A DNA stretch of 42,277 bases from a virus. The stretch's first letter is position 1. The number at the start of each line of letters is the position of its first letter. A model generated the notes under the pieces. It saw nothing but the letters and a program-made list of their open reading frames with translations. It made no database searches and had not been told where the DNA came from. Positions 15,801-24,208 of the stretch are shown here, one piece after another. Both the position numbers and the translations under genes were made by a program. The stretch is taken from the IMG/VR virus record IMGVR_UViG_3300045988_169545, one strand, 5' to 3'.

Positions 15801-15956
15801 CTTCGCGAGCCCGCCACCCATGGCGCTCCCGTACTCGCTGCCGGCCTTCGCGCCGGGCGTCTTGGCGTCAACCTTGGAAAGCTCGCTTCTCACCGCGGCG
15901 GACAGCCCCGGGAACTTCGGCACGACGTTGAGCGTCGCGGTTCCTACGACGGCCAA
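12810..15956 (-). CDS. Tail tape measure protein, 1048 aa.
   Basis: Long Ala/Gly/Ser/Asp-rich, predominantly helical protein following the G/GT chaperone pair. Typical tape-measure composition and position. Confidence 0.85.
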   Translation of the reverse strand: MAVVGTATLNVVPKFPGLSAAVRSELSKVDAKTPGAKAGSEYGSAMGGGLAKSGAVIGAFSAVTAKAMDAIASHVGAAVSRFDTLNNYPKVMQSLGYSAKDSEASIAKMSDRLQNLPTTLDTMTGTVSGLVAITRDLPRATDAGLALNDMLIASGSSQQLVNAAMEQFRQILSKGKPEMQDWRSLVTAAPGQMDQLAKSMLGPTASANDLYAALGGGKGNDPTISMDDLLDAIIRLDTQGGEGFASFREQAETAAGGVQTAAANMGNAVTKGLAGTLEAIGRENISGAFDDAKGGINEFFGAVNSGVSKAMPAVESFYGSVKGIAPQVLTAAASFAAFKVAGTGLAGFASKAKEARKASSLLDGANRLLGTSFSPVSLGVTAVSAVLGVAVSAYLDAKRKSDNLTKATTGLSDAVSRATSLDDYAGRLSNVGEKAGSTAMSVDELAESMAKNVDRINEENEQAEAQIAQLNTAQGIIDSYTGKTDLSADAQGRLEWALKLVNDQFGLTLTAADAARGAYEDANGATMNLKDSINDLVEAKKNEIKMNQLSSSYDALSAGYQDAADTYAAARKKFKSEYDQALKDEMEYHGTSESDARAWLDDNSRTWESYKDMVSSQGMYDEAKAGLKEIESEMGDLSKATSEAADALDQWGNSTSSLFQSALKESGTSLAELKDDLRDLGASTDDLGNKSEADLLRIADSYDGTRSSVVSALKEIGVGMDENAAATAAAADAVKSALDDMGDGARAAVEGMGSDLRTLSSDLSDAGVTADDLARISSEDFAAMAESCGGDINALIGMVRLYNSTPVVDKEGNVDVEHASLVDAQGKLYTWNGSELVDKDGTAAIDGTSLVDAQGNLYLWNGSSLVDQYGNAFVKDGVPAAQQHLDRWNYSDLEDQTGSGTVNGNMAYANGQKAEWNRNGLASWVGEGVINITKTITEFFTGGSRNAAGGIRLNAQGGYRFHGAGAIATRAVPLDIVGEDGAEAIVPLTNKRYSLPFAKTLAEQMAGIGDRAVNNYYTIDGVNVTGEPEVERAMETVFRYFKRAKGVA

Positions 15957-15960
15957 GGGA

Positions 15961-16721
15961 TCATCCTCCTTTCTGCTCTACCGGCTCCCATTCGGTCGCC
16001 GCGATGGCCTCTTTGGCCGACCGCGCCCGCTCCGCAGCCCGCCTGCGCTCCGCGGCATCCGCTGGGCGCGGTGTGCGCGGGGACTCGGATTGCACGCCAG
16101 CCTGCGCGAAGGCTATGGCCCATAGGTCGTCCTGCAGGTCGGCCACGGCGTGCCTCCATTCGGGCCACGCGTGCTCCGGGTGCCTCGAGCGCACGTAGAG
16201 CGAGCCCGGCGGCAGGGTGAGCACGAGGTCGAGCGCCTCGTCTGCAGGCACCTCGTCGTAGGCGCAGCCGTACACGCGCCTGAAGTCGTGGCGTAGCTCG
16301 CGCAGCCGGCCATCCTCGAGCCGTGCGAGCCTTAGAAGTTTTTTAGTTCTTGCGAGGTGATGATCTTCGCGACGGCAAGCGCCATCGCGTCGATGTCGAC
16401 CGTGCCGTCCTCGTCGGTGCACGCGCGCTCAAGCTCGGTCATCTGCTCGTCGCCGAGCATCAGGCGCATGGCCTCCTCGGTCTCCGCGTCGGTTCGGTTC
16501 GGCTTGGCCAGAAGGTCGCACACCCGCTTGTCGCGCGCCCTCTTCACAGGCACCTCGACGTCGAGGCCGAGCACGCGGATGCTCGCCGCGCGCTCGCGCC
16601 GGCTGCCGATGAGCCTCGCCTTCTCCTCGGCCGACTTGGCAGGGGATGTAGCTATGCCCGCGACCTCGCCGTACTCGTCGAGCTCTGCGGCGCTCATGCG
16701 CGCCATGAAGTCCTTGTTCAC
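15961..16721 (-). CDS. Tail assembly chaperone G-T fusion (about 253 aa) made by a programmed -1 ribosomal frameshift at 16338..16346.
   Basis: The minus strand reads CTA AAA AAC. Slipping -1 at A_AAA_AAC continues as KKLLRLARLEDG..., which is exactly the N-terminus of the overlapping ORF at 15961..16422. Confidence 0.6.
16332..16721 (-). CDS. Tail assembly chaperone (gpG-like), 129 aa.
   Basis: Between the major tail protein and the tape measure. It ends ...ELKNF* with the slippery heptamer A_AAA_AAC in the zero frame. Confidence 0.7.
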   Translation of the reverse strand: MNKDFMARMSAAELDEYGEVAGIATSPAKSAEEKARLIGSRRERAASIRVLGLDVEVPVKRARDKRVCDLLAKPNRTDAETEEAMRLMLGDEQMTELERACTDEDGTVDIDAMALAVAKIITSQELKNF

Positions 16722-16731
16722 CGGCTCCCCC

Positions 16732-17334
16732 TTACTTTCCCGAGCTTGCGGGGGCGGGGGACGCCGGCTTGGCGCGGTAGATGTCGAACATGCCGCCGTC
16801 CACCTCGATTGCCGTGAACGTCATGCCGTAGACCATAAGGGCGCCCCTGTTGTGCGGAACGTCGTCGAAGCTGCTGATGGACGCCTTGCGCACGACGGTG
16901 CGGCGCAGGTAGCCGTTGGACTCCAACTCGTCGAACACGAGCGGCACCTGGTCGCCCGCCCCAACCTTGCCAGCGACATGGGACACGGAACCGTCGGCGG
17001 CCGTCTCCACGTTCTTCGATCCGTAGCGCAGCTTAGCTGCGGACGGACGGTTCACCTCAATAAACTCGGCCTTGTACGTGTTCTCCTCGTCGGTCACCGC
17101 GGCGAGCACGATCGATCCGTGCCATCCCTTGTGCTTGCCCTCGGTGACCGTCTTACCCTCGGTGAAGCCGTTCTCGGACAGCTCGCCGAGCGACTCCCAG
17201 CCCGTGAGGGTGCTCATCTTCGTGGCGGCATCGGTCGGGAGCGTCGGATTCTCGGCGAAGCACGTCCAGCAGCAGCCGCCCTCGGAGGGCTGTCCAACGG
17301 TGATGAGCGTGGTATCGATGTCCTTGTTTGCCAT
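16732..17334 (-). CDS. Major tail protein, 200 aa.
   Basis: Position immediately upstream of the G/GT chaperone. Size and composition are consistent with siphovirus major tail proteins. Confidence 0.7.
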   Translation of the reverse strand: MANKDIDTTLITVGQPSEGGCCWTCFAENPTLPTDAATKMSTLTGWESLGELSENGFTEGKTVTEGKHKGWHGSIVLAAVTDEENTYKAEFIEVNRPSAAKLRYGSKNVETAADGSVSHVAGKVGAGDQVPLVFDELESNGYLRRTVVRKASISSFDDVPHNRGALMVYGMTFTAIEVDGGMFDIYRAKPASPAPASSGK

Positions 17335-17348
17335 AATTATTCTCCTTG

Positions 17349-17711
17349 TTAGCTCGGTTTGAAAGTCGTGACCGTGTAGCTTAAGTACCAGCGCGGCGAG
17401 CGTGTGTCGGGGTCGGGGTCGCTGTACATGGCCTCCTGCTGGGCGTCTGCATATCCCGCCGAAAACGGCAGGGCCGCCATCTCGTCAGCCACGGCGTCGG
17501 CGAGCTCCCACGCCTCCTGCTCGGTCGGAGCCCAGCAGTAGATCCCGATGCCGGGGCCGTCCAAGAGCGCGTTTCTGCGCGAGCCGCCCTCGCGCGTCAC
17601 CGTGACGAGCCTCTCCGGCCGCGAATCAGGCACCCTGACGCGCACCTCGGTCGGGGCGAGCGCCTCCGACAGGCGCCGTCGGAGGTCGCCCTGGACGTTG
17701 AGCGTCGGCAT
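17349..17711 (-). CDS. Tail completion / tail terminator-like protein, 120 aa.
   Basis: Position in the head-tail joining block. Confidence 0.45.
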   Translation of the reverse strand: MPTLNVQGDLRRRLSEALAPTEVRVRVPDSRPERLVTVTREGGSRRNALLDGPGIGIYCWAPTEQEAWELADAVADEMAALPFSAGYADAQQEAMYSDPDPDTRSPRWYLSYTVTTFKPS

Positions 17712-17727
17712 GGCCGCCTCCTTGCGA

Positions 17728-18015
17728 TCAGTGGTTCTGCCTCGAAAGGCTCTTGAACTTCGCCTCGTCGAGGCGGCCCATCTCGGTGTTGGAATGGGCG
17801 GCTCCTACCGCGGTGCGGTCGAGGACGTCCACGTGGGCCGCATACGGCGGCTTCTTGTACCCGGTGATGTGCAGGGCCTTCTCGTGGCCTCGTGCGCCGG
17901 CGTTGGCGGCACCGGCGATCTTCGACGCCTCGGACAACAAGGCAGCCTGCATATCCGGCGATTTCGCGATCTCCACGATGCCTGCATTGTTCAGCTCGAA
18001 CTCGACGTCAGCCAT
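17728..18015 (-). CDS. Head-tail joining protein (HK97 gp10-like), 95 aa.
   Basis: Position and size. Confidence 0.45.
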   Translation of the reverse strand: MADVEFELNNAGIVEIAKSPDMQAALLSEASKIAGAANAGARGHEKALHITGYKKPPYAAHVDVLDRTAVGAAHSNTEMGRLDEAKFKSLSRQNH

Positions 18016-18364
18016 CTACCCTCCCGGCCTCGAAAACGATATCCCATCTTGTAGGGCAGGGAACCGTCCTGTCGGGCGCGCCGGAGACCCGGAGCGCCCC
18101 GGCCGCATCGCCGGCCTCCATGCCCCTGTCGACGAGGGCGATGCGGGCTCCGGCAAGCGGCGGGCCGTCGTAGGACTTCGGGAGCGCGATGCTGTAAAGC
18201 ACCCGCACGCCGTCGGGGCGCAGGGCGCCCGCGACCTCCTCGCCGAACAGCGGCCGCACGAGCGCCCCGCCGACGAGGGTCTGGGACCATTCCCACACGG
18301 GCTCGCCCATGACATCCTCGCCCGCCATCGCGCGGTGAAGCACCGCCACGGCCTCGCCGATCAT
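18008..18364 (-). CDS. Head closure / head-tail adaptor protein, 118 aa.
   Basis: Position and size. Overlaps the flanking genes. Confidence 0.45.
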   Translation of the reverse strand: MIGEAVAVLHRAMAGEDVMGEPVWEWSQTLVGGALVRPLFGEEVAGALRPDGVRVLYSIALPKSYDGPPLAGARIALVDRGMEAGDAAGALRVSGAPDRTVPCPTRWDIVFEAGRVDG

Positions 18365-18768
18365 CGGAGGCCGCCGTAGGACGGCATGACCGAGCCGACG
18401 CGCTGCGACCGGCCGAGAGAGCGCAGGAAGGCCTTGAGCGTGTCGCGGTCGAAGTAGGCCGTGCCCGACGGGTTGGCGAGCGTGTAGCTGCCCTGGAACC
18501 CGTTTGCGGAGAAGCTCGCCTGCTTGGCGCCGGCAACGTCGCCCAGCCCGTCGAGGACGGCAGGCTTGAGGGCCTTCCCCACCGCGTCGGTCACGAGCAT
18601 CCGCGCAAGCTGGAGCTGGTCTTCGGTGAGGGATCGGCTGCGCGGTATGCCCGCGCGAGACCGCAGCTTCGCTGACTGCTGGGACAGGGCGGACGCGACC
18701 CTATCGTCGGGGCTCGTCGCGTCGCCGGTGTCCAGTCGGTACTCCTCGACAGTCGCGTACGCTTCCAT
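18361..18768 (-). CDS. Head-tail connector (gp6-like), 135 aa.
   Basis: N-terminus MEAYATVEEYRLDTGDA... is typical of gp6-like connector proteins. Confidence 0.5.
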   Translation of the reverse strand: MEAYATVEEYRLDTGDATSPDDRVASALSQQSAKLRSRAGIPRSRSLTEDQLQLARMLVTDAVGKALKPAVLDGLGDVAGAKQASFSANGFQGSYTLANPSGTAYFDRDTLKAFLRSLGRSQRVGSVMPSYGGLR

Positions 18769-18771
18769 GGG

Positions 18772-19026
18772 CTAGCCCTTCTTCGCCGGCGCTCTGCGCC
18801 CGCGCGGCTTCGACTTGTCCGCCTCCGGTTCCGGCTCCGCCTCGGGCTCGGGTTCGGTCTCCGGTTCCGGCTTCTGCCCCGTCTCGGGCTCGGGTTCGAT
18901 GACGGACACGAAACCTCGCACCGACAGCTCCTTTGCGCGCCCCTCGTCGAGCTCCACGACCTCGCCGGCGAGATGCGCCGTCATGTCGATCTTGTCGGTG
19001 TATGCCATGATGACGATCGCTTCCAC
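18772..19026 (-). CDS. Small head-associated protein with an acidic (EP)n low-complexity tail, 84 aa.
   Basis: Directly downstream of the capsid gene. Encoded by a GC-rich simple-sequence repeat (18815..18900). Confidence 0.45.
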   Translation of the reverse strand: MEAIVIMAYTDKIDMTAHLAGEVVELDEGRAKELSVRGFVSVIEPEPETGQKPEPETEPEPEAEPEPEADKSKPRGRRAPAKKG

Positions 19027-19036
19027 GGGACCCTCC

Positions 19037-19936
19037 TTACGCGACGGGGGCGATGGTGCCCTTGACGATGTAGTCGGCGTTCTCCGGGAACAGGTACGTT
19101 CCGCACAGCACGTTCGTCTCGGTGGACACGCGGTCGTACGCGGGCTTGTGCGCCACGCCGATGAGGCCGCTCGAGTCCTGCGCGTAGGAGAGCCCGCCGG
19201 ACGCGAGCGCGCCGAAGTCGACGCCGAAGATGTGGATGTTCTCCACGGGCGTGGCCCAGATCGTCCCCTTGGCTACCTTGTTGGTCATGAACACGTTCGT
19301 GAAGCCCAGGAACTGCTCCAGATACGTCAGGCCGAAAGCGGTCTGCGTGGTGATCGCCGCGTTGCCCAGGTAGTCGGCCGCGTCCTGGCGGCTGACGAAG
19401 TGGATGATGCGGTCGGTGGAGTCGTCGTTGCTCTCCAGCGTGTCGCCCAGCTCCGCGTCGACGTTCGCGGCGGCCGCCTGGAGCGTCTTGCCCGTGGCCT
19501 CGCCGGTGCCGTTGGCGAGGAACGAGAAGAACTTCGCGACGATGGCGTTGCGGATCTGGGAGAGCATCTTGCGGTCGGTCTTGAGGACGGCCGTCTCGTA
19601 GCCCGATTTGAGGATGGCCTGGGCCGTGGTCATCTTGCGGTAGGGCTGCACCTTCACGGTGTCGATGGCCGTCTTCTCCGTCTTGTACTTCGAGAGCGCC
19701 ACCAGGTCGCCCTCGACGTAGGCGGTGCCGGAGGACGAGTCTGCGGCCTTGGCGTCGTTCAGCTCTCCGGTGATCTTGGTCTGGTTGAGCACCACCCCTG
19801 CGCTCATCGTCTCGGGCGAGAAGATGCCGAGGATGTCGGCCAGTCGGTCGTAGTCCTGGCGGAAGTTCGCGATGAACTCCTGGTCGAGCGCCACGTTCAT
19901 CTCGGCGGTGGTGATCATGCTGTTAAGTGCGGGCAT
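19037..19936 (-). CDS. Major capsid protein (HK97-fold family), 299 aa.
   Basis: Position after the scaffold gene. Size and composition typical of a major capsid protein. Confidence 0.8.
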   Translation of the reverse strand: MPALNSMITTAEMNVALDQEFIANFRQDYDRLADILGIFSPETMSAGVVLNQTKITGELNDAKAADSSSGTAYVEGDLVALSKYKTEKTAIDTVKVQPYRKMTTAQAILKSGYETAVLKTDRKMLSQIRNAIVAKFFSFLANGTGEATGKTLQAAAANVDAELGDTLESNDDSTDRIIHFVSRQDAADYLGNAAITTQTAFGLTYLEQFLGFTNVFMTNKVAKGTIWATPVENIHIFGVDFGALASGGLSYAQDSSGLIGVAHKPAYDRVSTETNVLCGTYLFPENADYIVKGTIAPVA

Positions 19937-19948
19937 GTTGCCTCCTTG

Positions 19949-20437
19949 CTATCGGTATAGGTCTGCGTTCTCCGCCCGGGCGCGGATCCTCGCAATCGGG
20001 TCTTTGATTCCTTCGATGGACTCGCGGGTGACCGTCGGCGCGGTGGCGCTCCCACCTTTGTCGGAAGGGTAGGCGGGCGCGAGGGACGCCGCCCATTCGG
20101 CTGCGGCCTTCGCGGATGCCTCGAGCTCCTCCGCGCTTTCACCGTGGATGAGGCCTGCTGGAACGCCGGTCTCCTGGGCGATGCGCGTCACGAGCCTCGC
20201 CTTCTCAAGCTCGGCCTCCGTCTTGATGGCGCGCTCCTCGGCCTCGTCAGCCTTTGCCTTGTTGTCCTTGGCGCGGGCCTCCCACTTGCGAGCCTCGGCC
20301 TTCCAGTCGACGGCCGGCGCGCCCTGCGGCTCCTCCTGCCCAGTCTCGGACGCCTCCGGCTCGGCTTCGCCCTGCGGCTTCGCCTGGGCCTCCGGCTCCT
20401 GGTTCTCGACCTGCTCGTCGATGGTCGTCTCGCTCAT
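19949..20437 (-). CDS. Scaffolding protein, 162 aa.
   Basis: Acidic, Glu/Ala-rich, coiled-coil protein immediately upstream of the capsid gene. Confidence 0.65.
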   Translation of the reverse strand: MSETTIDEQVENQEPEAQAKPQGEAEPEASETGQEEPQGAPAVDWKAEARKWEARAKDNKAKADEAEERAIKTEAELEKARLVTRIAQETGVPAGLIHGESAEELEASAKAAAEWAASLAPAYPSDKGGSATAPTVTRESIEGIKDPIARIRARAENADLYR

Positions 20438-20493
20438 TCCTTGCTCCCTTCATGCCCGTGCGGGCCTCTCGCCCCACCGTGCGGCGGGTTCCG

Positions 20494-20518
20494 AAATAAA
20501 AACGCCCCGTGCGGGGCG
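20494..20518 (-). terminator. Rho-independent terminator (CGCCCC-GCAC-GGGGCG plus T-run, read on the minus strand) between the minor head protein and scaffold genes.
   Basis: Minus strand reads CGCCCCGCACGGGGCGTTTTTATTT. Confidence 0.5.
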
Positions 20519-20525
20519 CTGGTGC

Positions 20526-21290
20526 CTAGCTTCTGCTCATCTCTGCGACGATCCTGTTTCTCAAGTACACGTCGTAGGCGCTTCTTCCCGGGCGCTTGTA
20601 GGAATCCCTCTCCTGCTGCCCCATCGCGCCCCATTCGCTCCGCACGCTGCCCAGGACGGTTTTCCGGGCGGCGCTGAATTCGTCATTGAGGGCGTCCGCA
20701 TCGTATCCTTCGAGCGCCGGATCGGGGTCGAAGTCGACCACCGGCGTGCAGGAGCAGTGGGGGTGGCGCGCCCTGTCGACCTTCGCCTTCCCCGCGTACA
20801 TGAAACCGTTCGCGCCGATCATCCTGCACCAGCCGCATGCGCCGATGTGCGGGACGAGCGCCCAACGGGGCTTCGCCGGATCCTCCCTGGCGTTTCCGAG
20901 GAGCGTCTCGTCGGCCCGCTCCATGACGCGCTGCCGAGAGGTGCCGCGAAGCGAGTTCGCGAGGGCGTCAGGTCCGCCAGTGGATGACAGCGCGCTCCTC
21001 ACGTCGTAGCGGCACAGCCTCTCGTCATCCGGAGCGTACGGCACGGCCTCGTAGCTTCCGGCCACGCCGGAAGCGGCCCGCCGCGAACGGTAGAACTCCA
21101 CCGCCGCCTGCGCCGCGAACGACCCGTAGGCCACGACGAGCGAGCGGTAGCCCTCCGACAAAGCCGTTTCGAAGGCCCTGCCCGAAAGCTCCGCGCAGCG
21201 CCGCACGAGCTCGTCCACGGCACGCTCCACCAGGGCCGCGTTCGTCGTCAAGGCGCGGTCGTAGGCATCGAAGGCGTCCCTGTCGATCAT
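20526..21290 (-). CDS. Minor head protein (SPP1 gp7 / Mu F-like head morphogenesis), 254 aa.
   Basis: Follows the portal with an ATGA overlap. Conserved Cys/His cluster ...HIGACGWCRMIGANGF...HPHCSCTP. The computed ORF's first 71 aa are alternate-frame noise, and the real ATG is at 21290. Confidence 0.65.
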   Translation of the reverse strand: MIDRDAFDAYDRALTTNAALVERAVDELVRRCAELSGRAFETALSEGYRSLVVAYGSFAAQAAVEFYRSRRAASGVAGSYEAVPYAPDDERLCRYDVRSALSSTGGPDALANSLRGTSRQRVMERADETLLGNAREDPAKPRWALVPHIGACGWCRMIGANGFMYAGKAKVDRARHPHCSCTPVVDFDPDPALEGYDADALNDEFSAARKTVLGSVRSEWGAMGQQERDSYKRPGRSAYDVYLRNRIVAEMSRS

Positions 21291-22777
21291 CGCGCCGCCC
21301 CCAGAGTGTCGGCTATGCGGTTGAGCGCGGACAGGGCGCCCGCCTCCTCCTTCTCCTTGAGCAGGCGGTCGATGGTCGCCTGGGAGAGCCCGATGCCCTC
21401 GTAGTAGACGCGCGTGCCAACGATGGAGGGGTCGGACGCCCCGAGCTTCGTCCACGCGTCGGCACGGGCCGCGATGGTGGGCATCGACGGATCCTTCCAG
21501 CATGCCTGCACGGCGCGCTGGCTATCGTCGAGCTTATTGATCGAGGTGCCGTTCGCCACCGCCATCATCATGCGCGCGACCTCCTCCATCGCCTCGCCGT
21601 TCTGGCGGTTCATCGACTCGACCGCGAGGATGAGCGGGTCGTTCGCGGCGCCGAGCGCGTCCGACGACGTGTAGGTGTTCGACATCACGCCGAGCTGCGC
21701 GAGCGGGACGTTCGTCGCACCGCTGAACCGCTGCGCGTCGTTCTCGAACACGCGCGTGAAGTTGTCGGCGGTCGAGGGCGCGAACTGGCCCACTTGGGGG
21801 ATGTCGCCGTTCTCGTCGCGTGAAATCGCGAGGAGCGCTCCCATATAGGCTTTGAACTTCGCATGCTCGTCGGGGACGGGCGGTACGGGGTTGCCGTTCT
21901 CGTCAACCACGTTGCCGTCCTCGTCGACCGCCTGCCCCTCCTCCGGCGGGACGCTGAACAGGTCTTCGGCCACGCCGAGCGCGTAGCGCTGCGGGAACGT
22001 GAAGAACTCGGCGCCTACCTCCATGCGCAGCACGTCGCGCATGGCCTTATCCACGATCCCGAGGAGCTCGGGCGTGAGGAGCGAGTGCCCGAGCGGGCGG
22101 TCGATGTCGGGGTCGTGCACGAGAACCTCCATGAGAGGGCGGCCCATGGGGTTGGCCTCCGCGTCGCACGTCCACTCCTCCCGCTGGCCTTGGCGCCGCG
22201 TGAGCGTCAGCACCGCGTCGGGGAAGTGCGCGACGTAGCGGGACGCGCGGCCCATCCGGTCGACGCCCGAGAGCACGACGCCGCAGCCTATGCGCCCCTC
22301 GTCCTTGTCCCAGAGCGCGGCGAACTGGTTGGCGGAATGGACACGCACCTTCGCCGCCGGCTGCCCCTTTCGCCCCCGCATGACCGAGATGGCGGCAGGC
22401 CCGTGTATCAGGGAAGCCTTGCACGCCTGCATGTAGAGCGAGCGCATGCGGTTGCGGCGCACGAGGTCGCTTAGCTGCGCGTCCTCCTTGCCCTGGAACA
22501 CGTAGCCGTCGAACACCGAGCGCACGGCGCGGGCGTCCACGGCCTTCGCGCACCACCCCACGACGCAGTTCACGCTGATGAGGTTCTCCGGTATCGATAT
22601 GCCGAGGTCCTTGAGCGCGTTCTTCATGTTGTAGTAGCTCGACAGGAGCGCGTTTCGGGAGCGCACGGCATGCCAGGTGTCGAACAGGTCGCCGAGGCAC
22701 TCGCGGTGCTCTTCCGGAACCCCCTCCATCGAGGGGCGGGGCAACGAGGTGTCGCCGTAGGTTTGATCCTGGATCAC
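21287..22777 (-). CDS. Portal protein, 496 aa.
   Basis: GTG start at 22777 overlapping the terminase stop (GTGA), with a GAGGAGAAAGCAGAGG Shine-Dalgarno-like stretch. Position between the large terminase and the minor head protein. The 5' 1.4 kb of the computed 962-aa ORF is out-of-frame noise over the terminase gene. Confidence 0.75.
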   Translation of the reverse strand: MIQDQTYGDTSLPRPSMEGVPEEHRECLGDLFDTWHAVRSRNALLSSYYNMKNALKDLGISIPENLISVNCVVGWCAKAVDARAVRSVFDGYVFQGKEDAQLSDLVRRNRMRSLYMQACKASLIHGPAAISVMRGRKGQPAAKVRVHSANQFAALWDKDEGRIGCGVVLSGVDRMGRASRYVAHFPDAVLTLTRRQGQREEWTCDAEANPMGRPLMEVLVHDPDIDRPLGHSLLTPELLGIVDKAMRDVLRMEVGAEFFTFPQRYALGVAEDLFSVPPEEGQAVDEDGNVVDENGNPVPPVPDEHAKFKAYMGALLAISRDENGDIPQVGQFAPSTADNFTRVFENDAQRFSGATNVPLAQLGVMSNTYTSSDALGAANDPLILAVESMNRQNGEAMEEVARMMMAVANGTSINKLDDSQRAVQACWKDPSMPTIAARADAWTKLGASDPSIVGTRVYYEGIGLSQATIDRLLKEKEEAGALSALNRIADTLGAAR

Positions 22778-24198
22778 AGAAGCCTCTGCTTTCTCCTCGG
22801 GTTGCGCTTGGTCGTCCTCGCGCCCCACAGCGCGAGGGCGCAGGCCTCGACCGCGGTGGAATCGTGCCCGCCCGACGAGCCGAAGCCCCATCCGCCCCTC
22901 TTCCCTATCTGGCGCTTCGAGGCGTGCTTCGCCGAATCGTCCAAGGCTTGCTGGGCGGTGTGGAACAGGGAGCCGTCGGCGAGCGAGTCGACGAACCCCG
23001 TGGCGGCGGCGATCACGTCCTGCGCCGTCGGCTTCGACGCGTAGCCGCGGGGGGCCTGCAGCTCGGCGAGGTTCTCGCAAAGCGCGTCGGCCCCGCTCAT
23101 CCCGTCGATGACGACCACCGCGACCTTCGATCGCCGCTCGTGGAGCGCCGATGCGAGCGCCTTCGTCCCGCCGGCCGTGCTGCCCAGCTCGACGAGCTCG
23201 ACAGCCGCCCGCCCCTTGCCGTCGAGCTTGCAGCCGGCGAGGGCGTACGAGGAGCCGTCGGGGCTGAACTTGACGGCCAGCGCGGTCTTTGCCCGGAACC
23301 TGTCGCCGATCCCGTCGATGGACGATGCGTCCCACGCCCTGTCCGGGATGGCCTTCTCGGCGCGTGCGACGGGGCTCCACCACCCCAGCCGCTCCCTGGC
23401 GAACGTGTCGGCGAGCGTGCCCAGCTCGCCCTCGATGGCGGTCTCGTCTATGAGGATGCCTTGCGATGGGTTGACCCGCCGCCAGCGCACCCGGTCGGTC
23501 ACGTCGCCTATCTCGGTGACGGCCCACTCCATCCAGGGGATGGCCTGCGGCGCCTGCGCGTGGGCGTCGTCGTGCAGGCGGCGGAACACCTCGCCTGGGC
23601 AGCTCGGCTCCGGCGGCGTGCCGATGTAGATCGTCTGCGTGTTGTGCTTGCGCGACGCAGATATCGCGAACAGGGATGCCGCCTGCTGCTCGTCGGTCAG
23701 CTCCTGCGCCTCGTCGTAGATGATCACGTCGTAGCTGCGGCCTCGGGCGAGCGAGTTCGTTCGCGTGGTGAAGCGGATGTATCCGCCGTTCTTCAGGTAG
23801 ATGGCCTGCTGCCCGTTGGTCTTTCTGACGGTCAGCAGGAGCTCGTGGAGCTCCTCGTTGTCCTCGTTTTCGAACGGCTCGCAGAGTCGGCGGAACATCT
23901 CGTCGGAGGTGTCCCCGTGCTGGCACGTGTACAGGATGCGCTCGCCGTCGGCCACGATGCCGTAGAAGCACCTGGCGAGCACGTCCCACGACTTCCCGTT
24001 CTGCCGGGGCACGGACAGCCCGAACGAGTGGTGGAGGTACTTGTCCTCGAGGTTTCGAGCGACCATGGCGTCGAGCACGAAACGCTGCCATTCGAGAGGA
24101 TCGCCGAAGTAGAGGGCCGCAAGCTTCGCCGCCATCGGGCCGTCGGTCCTGTCGATCTCGCCGACGTTCGTCCACGTCGGCCGTTGGTTCGACGGCAT
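22774..24198 (-). CDS. Terminase large subunit, 474 aa.
   Basis: Walker A ...VPRQNGKS and Walker B ...YDVIIYDEAQE are present. Position upstream of the portal. Confidence 0.85.
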   Translation of the reverse strand: MPSNQRPTWTNVGEIDRTDGPMAAKLAALYFGDPLEWQRFVLDAMVARNLEDKYLHHSFGLSVPRQNGKSWDVLARCFYGIVADGERILYTCQHGDTSDEMFRRLCEPFENEDNEELHELLLTVRKTNGQQAIYLKNGGYIRFTTRTNSLARGRSYDVIIYDEAQELTDEQQAASLFAISASRKHNTQTIYIGTPPEPSCPGEVFRRLHDDAHAQAPQAIPWMEWAVTEIGDVTDRVRWRRVNPSQGILIDETAIEGELGTLADTFARERLGWWSPVARAEKAIPDRAWDASSIDGIGDRFRAKTALAVKFSPDGSSYALAGCKLDGKGRAAVELVELGSTAGGTKALASALHERRSKVAVVVIDGMSGADALCENLAELQAPRGYASKPTAQDVIAAATGFVDSLADGSLFHTAQQALDDSAKHASKRQIGKRGGWGFGSSGGHDSTAVEACALALWGARTTKRNPRRKQRLL

Positions 24199-24208
24199 AA
24201 CGCCTCCC

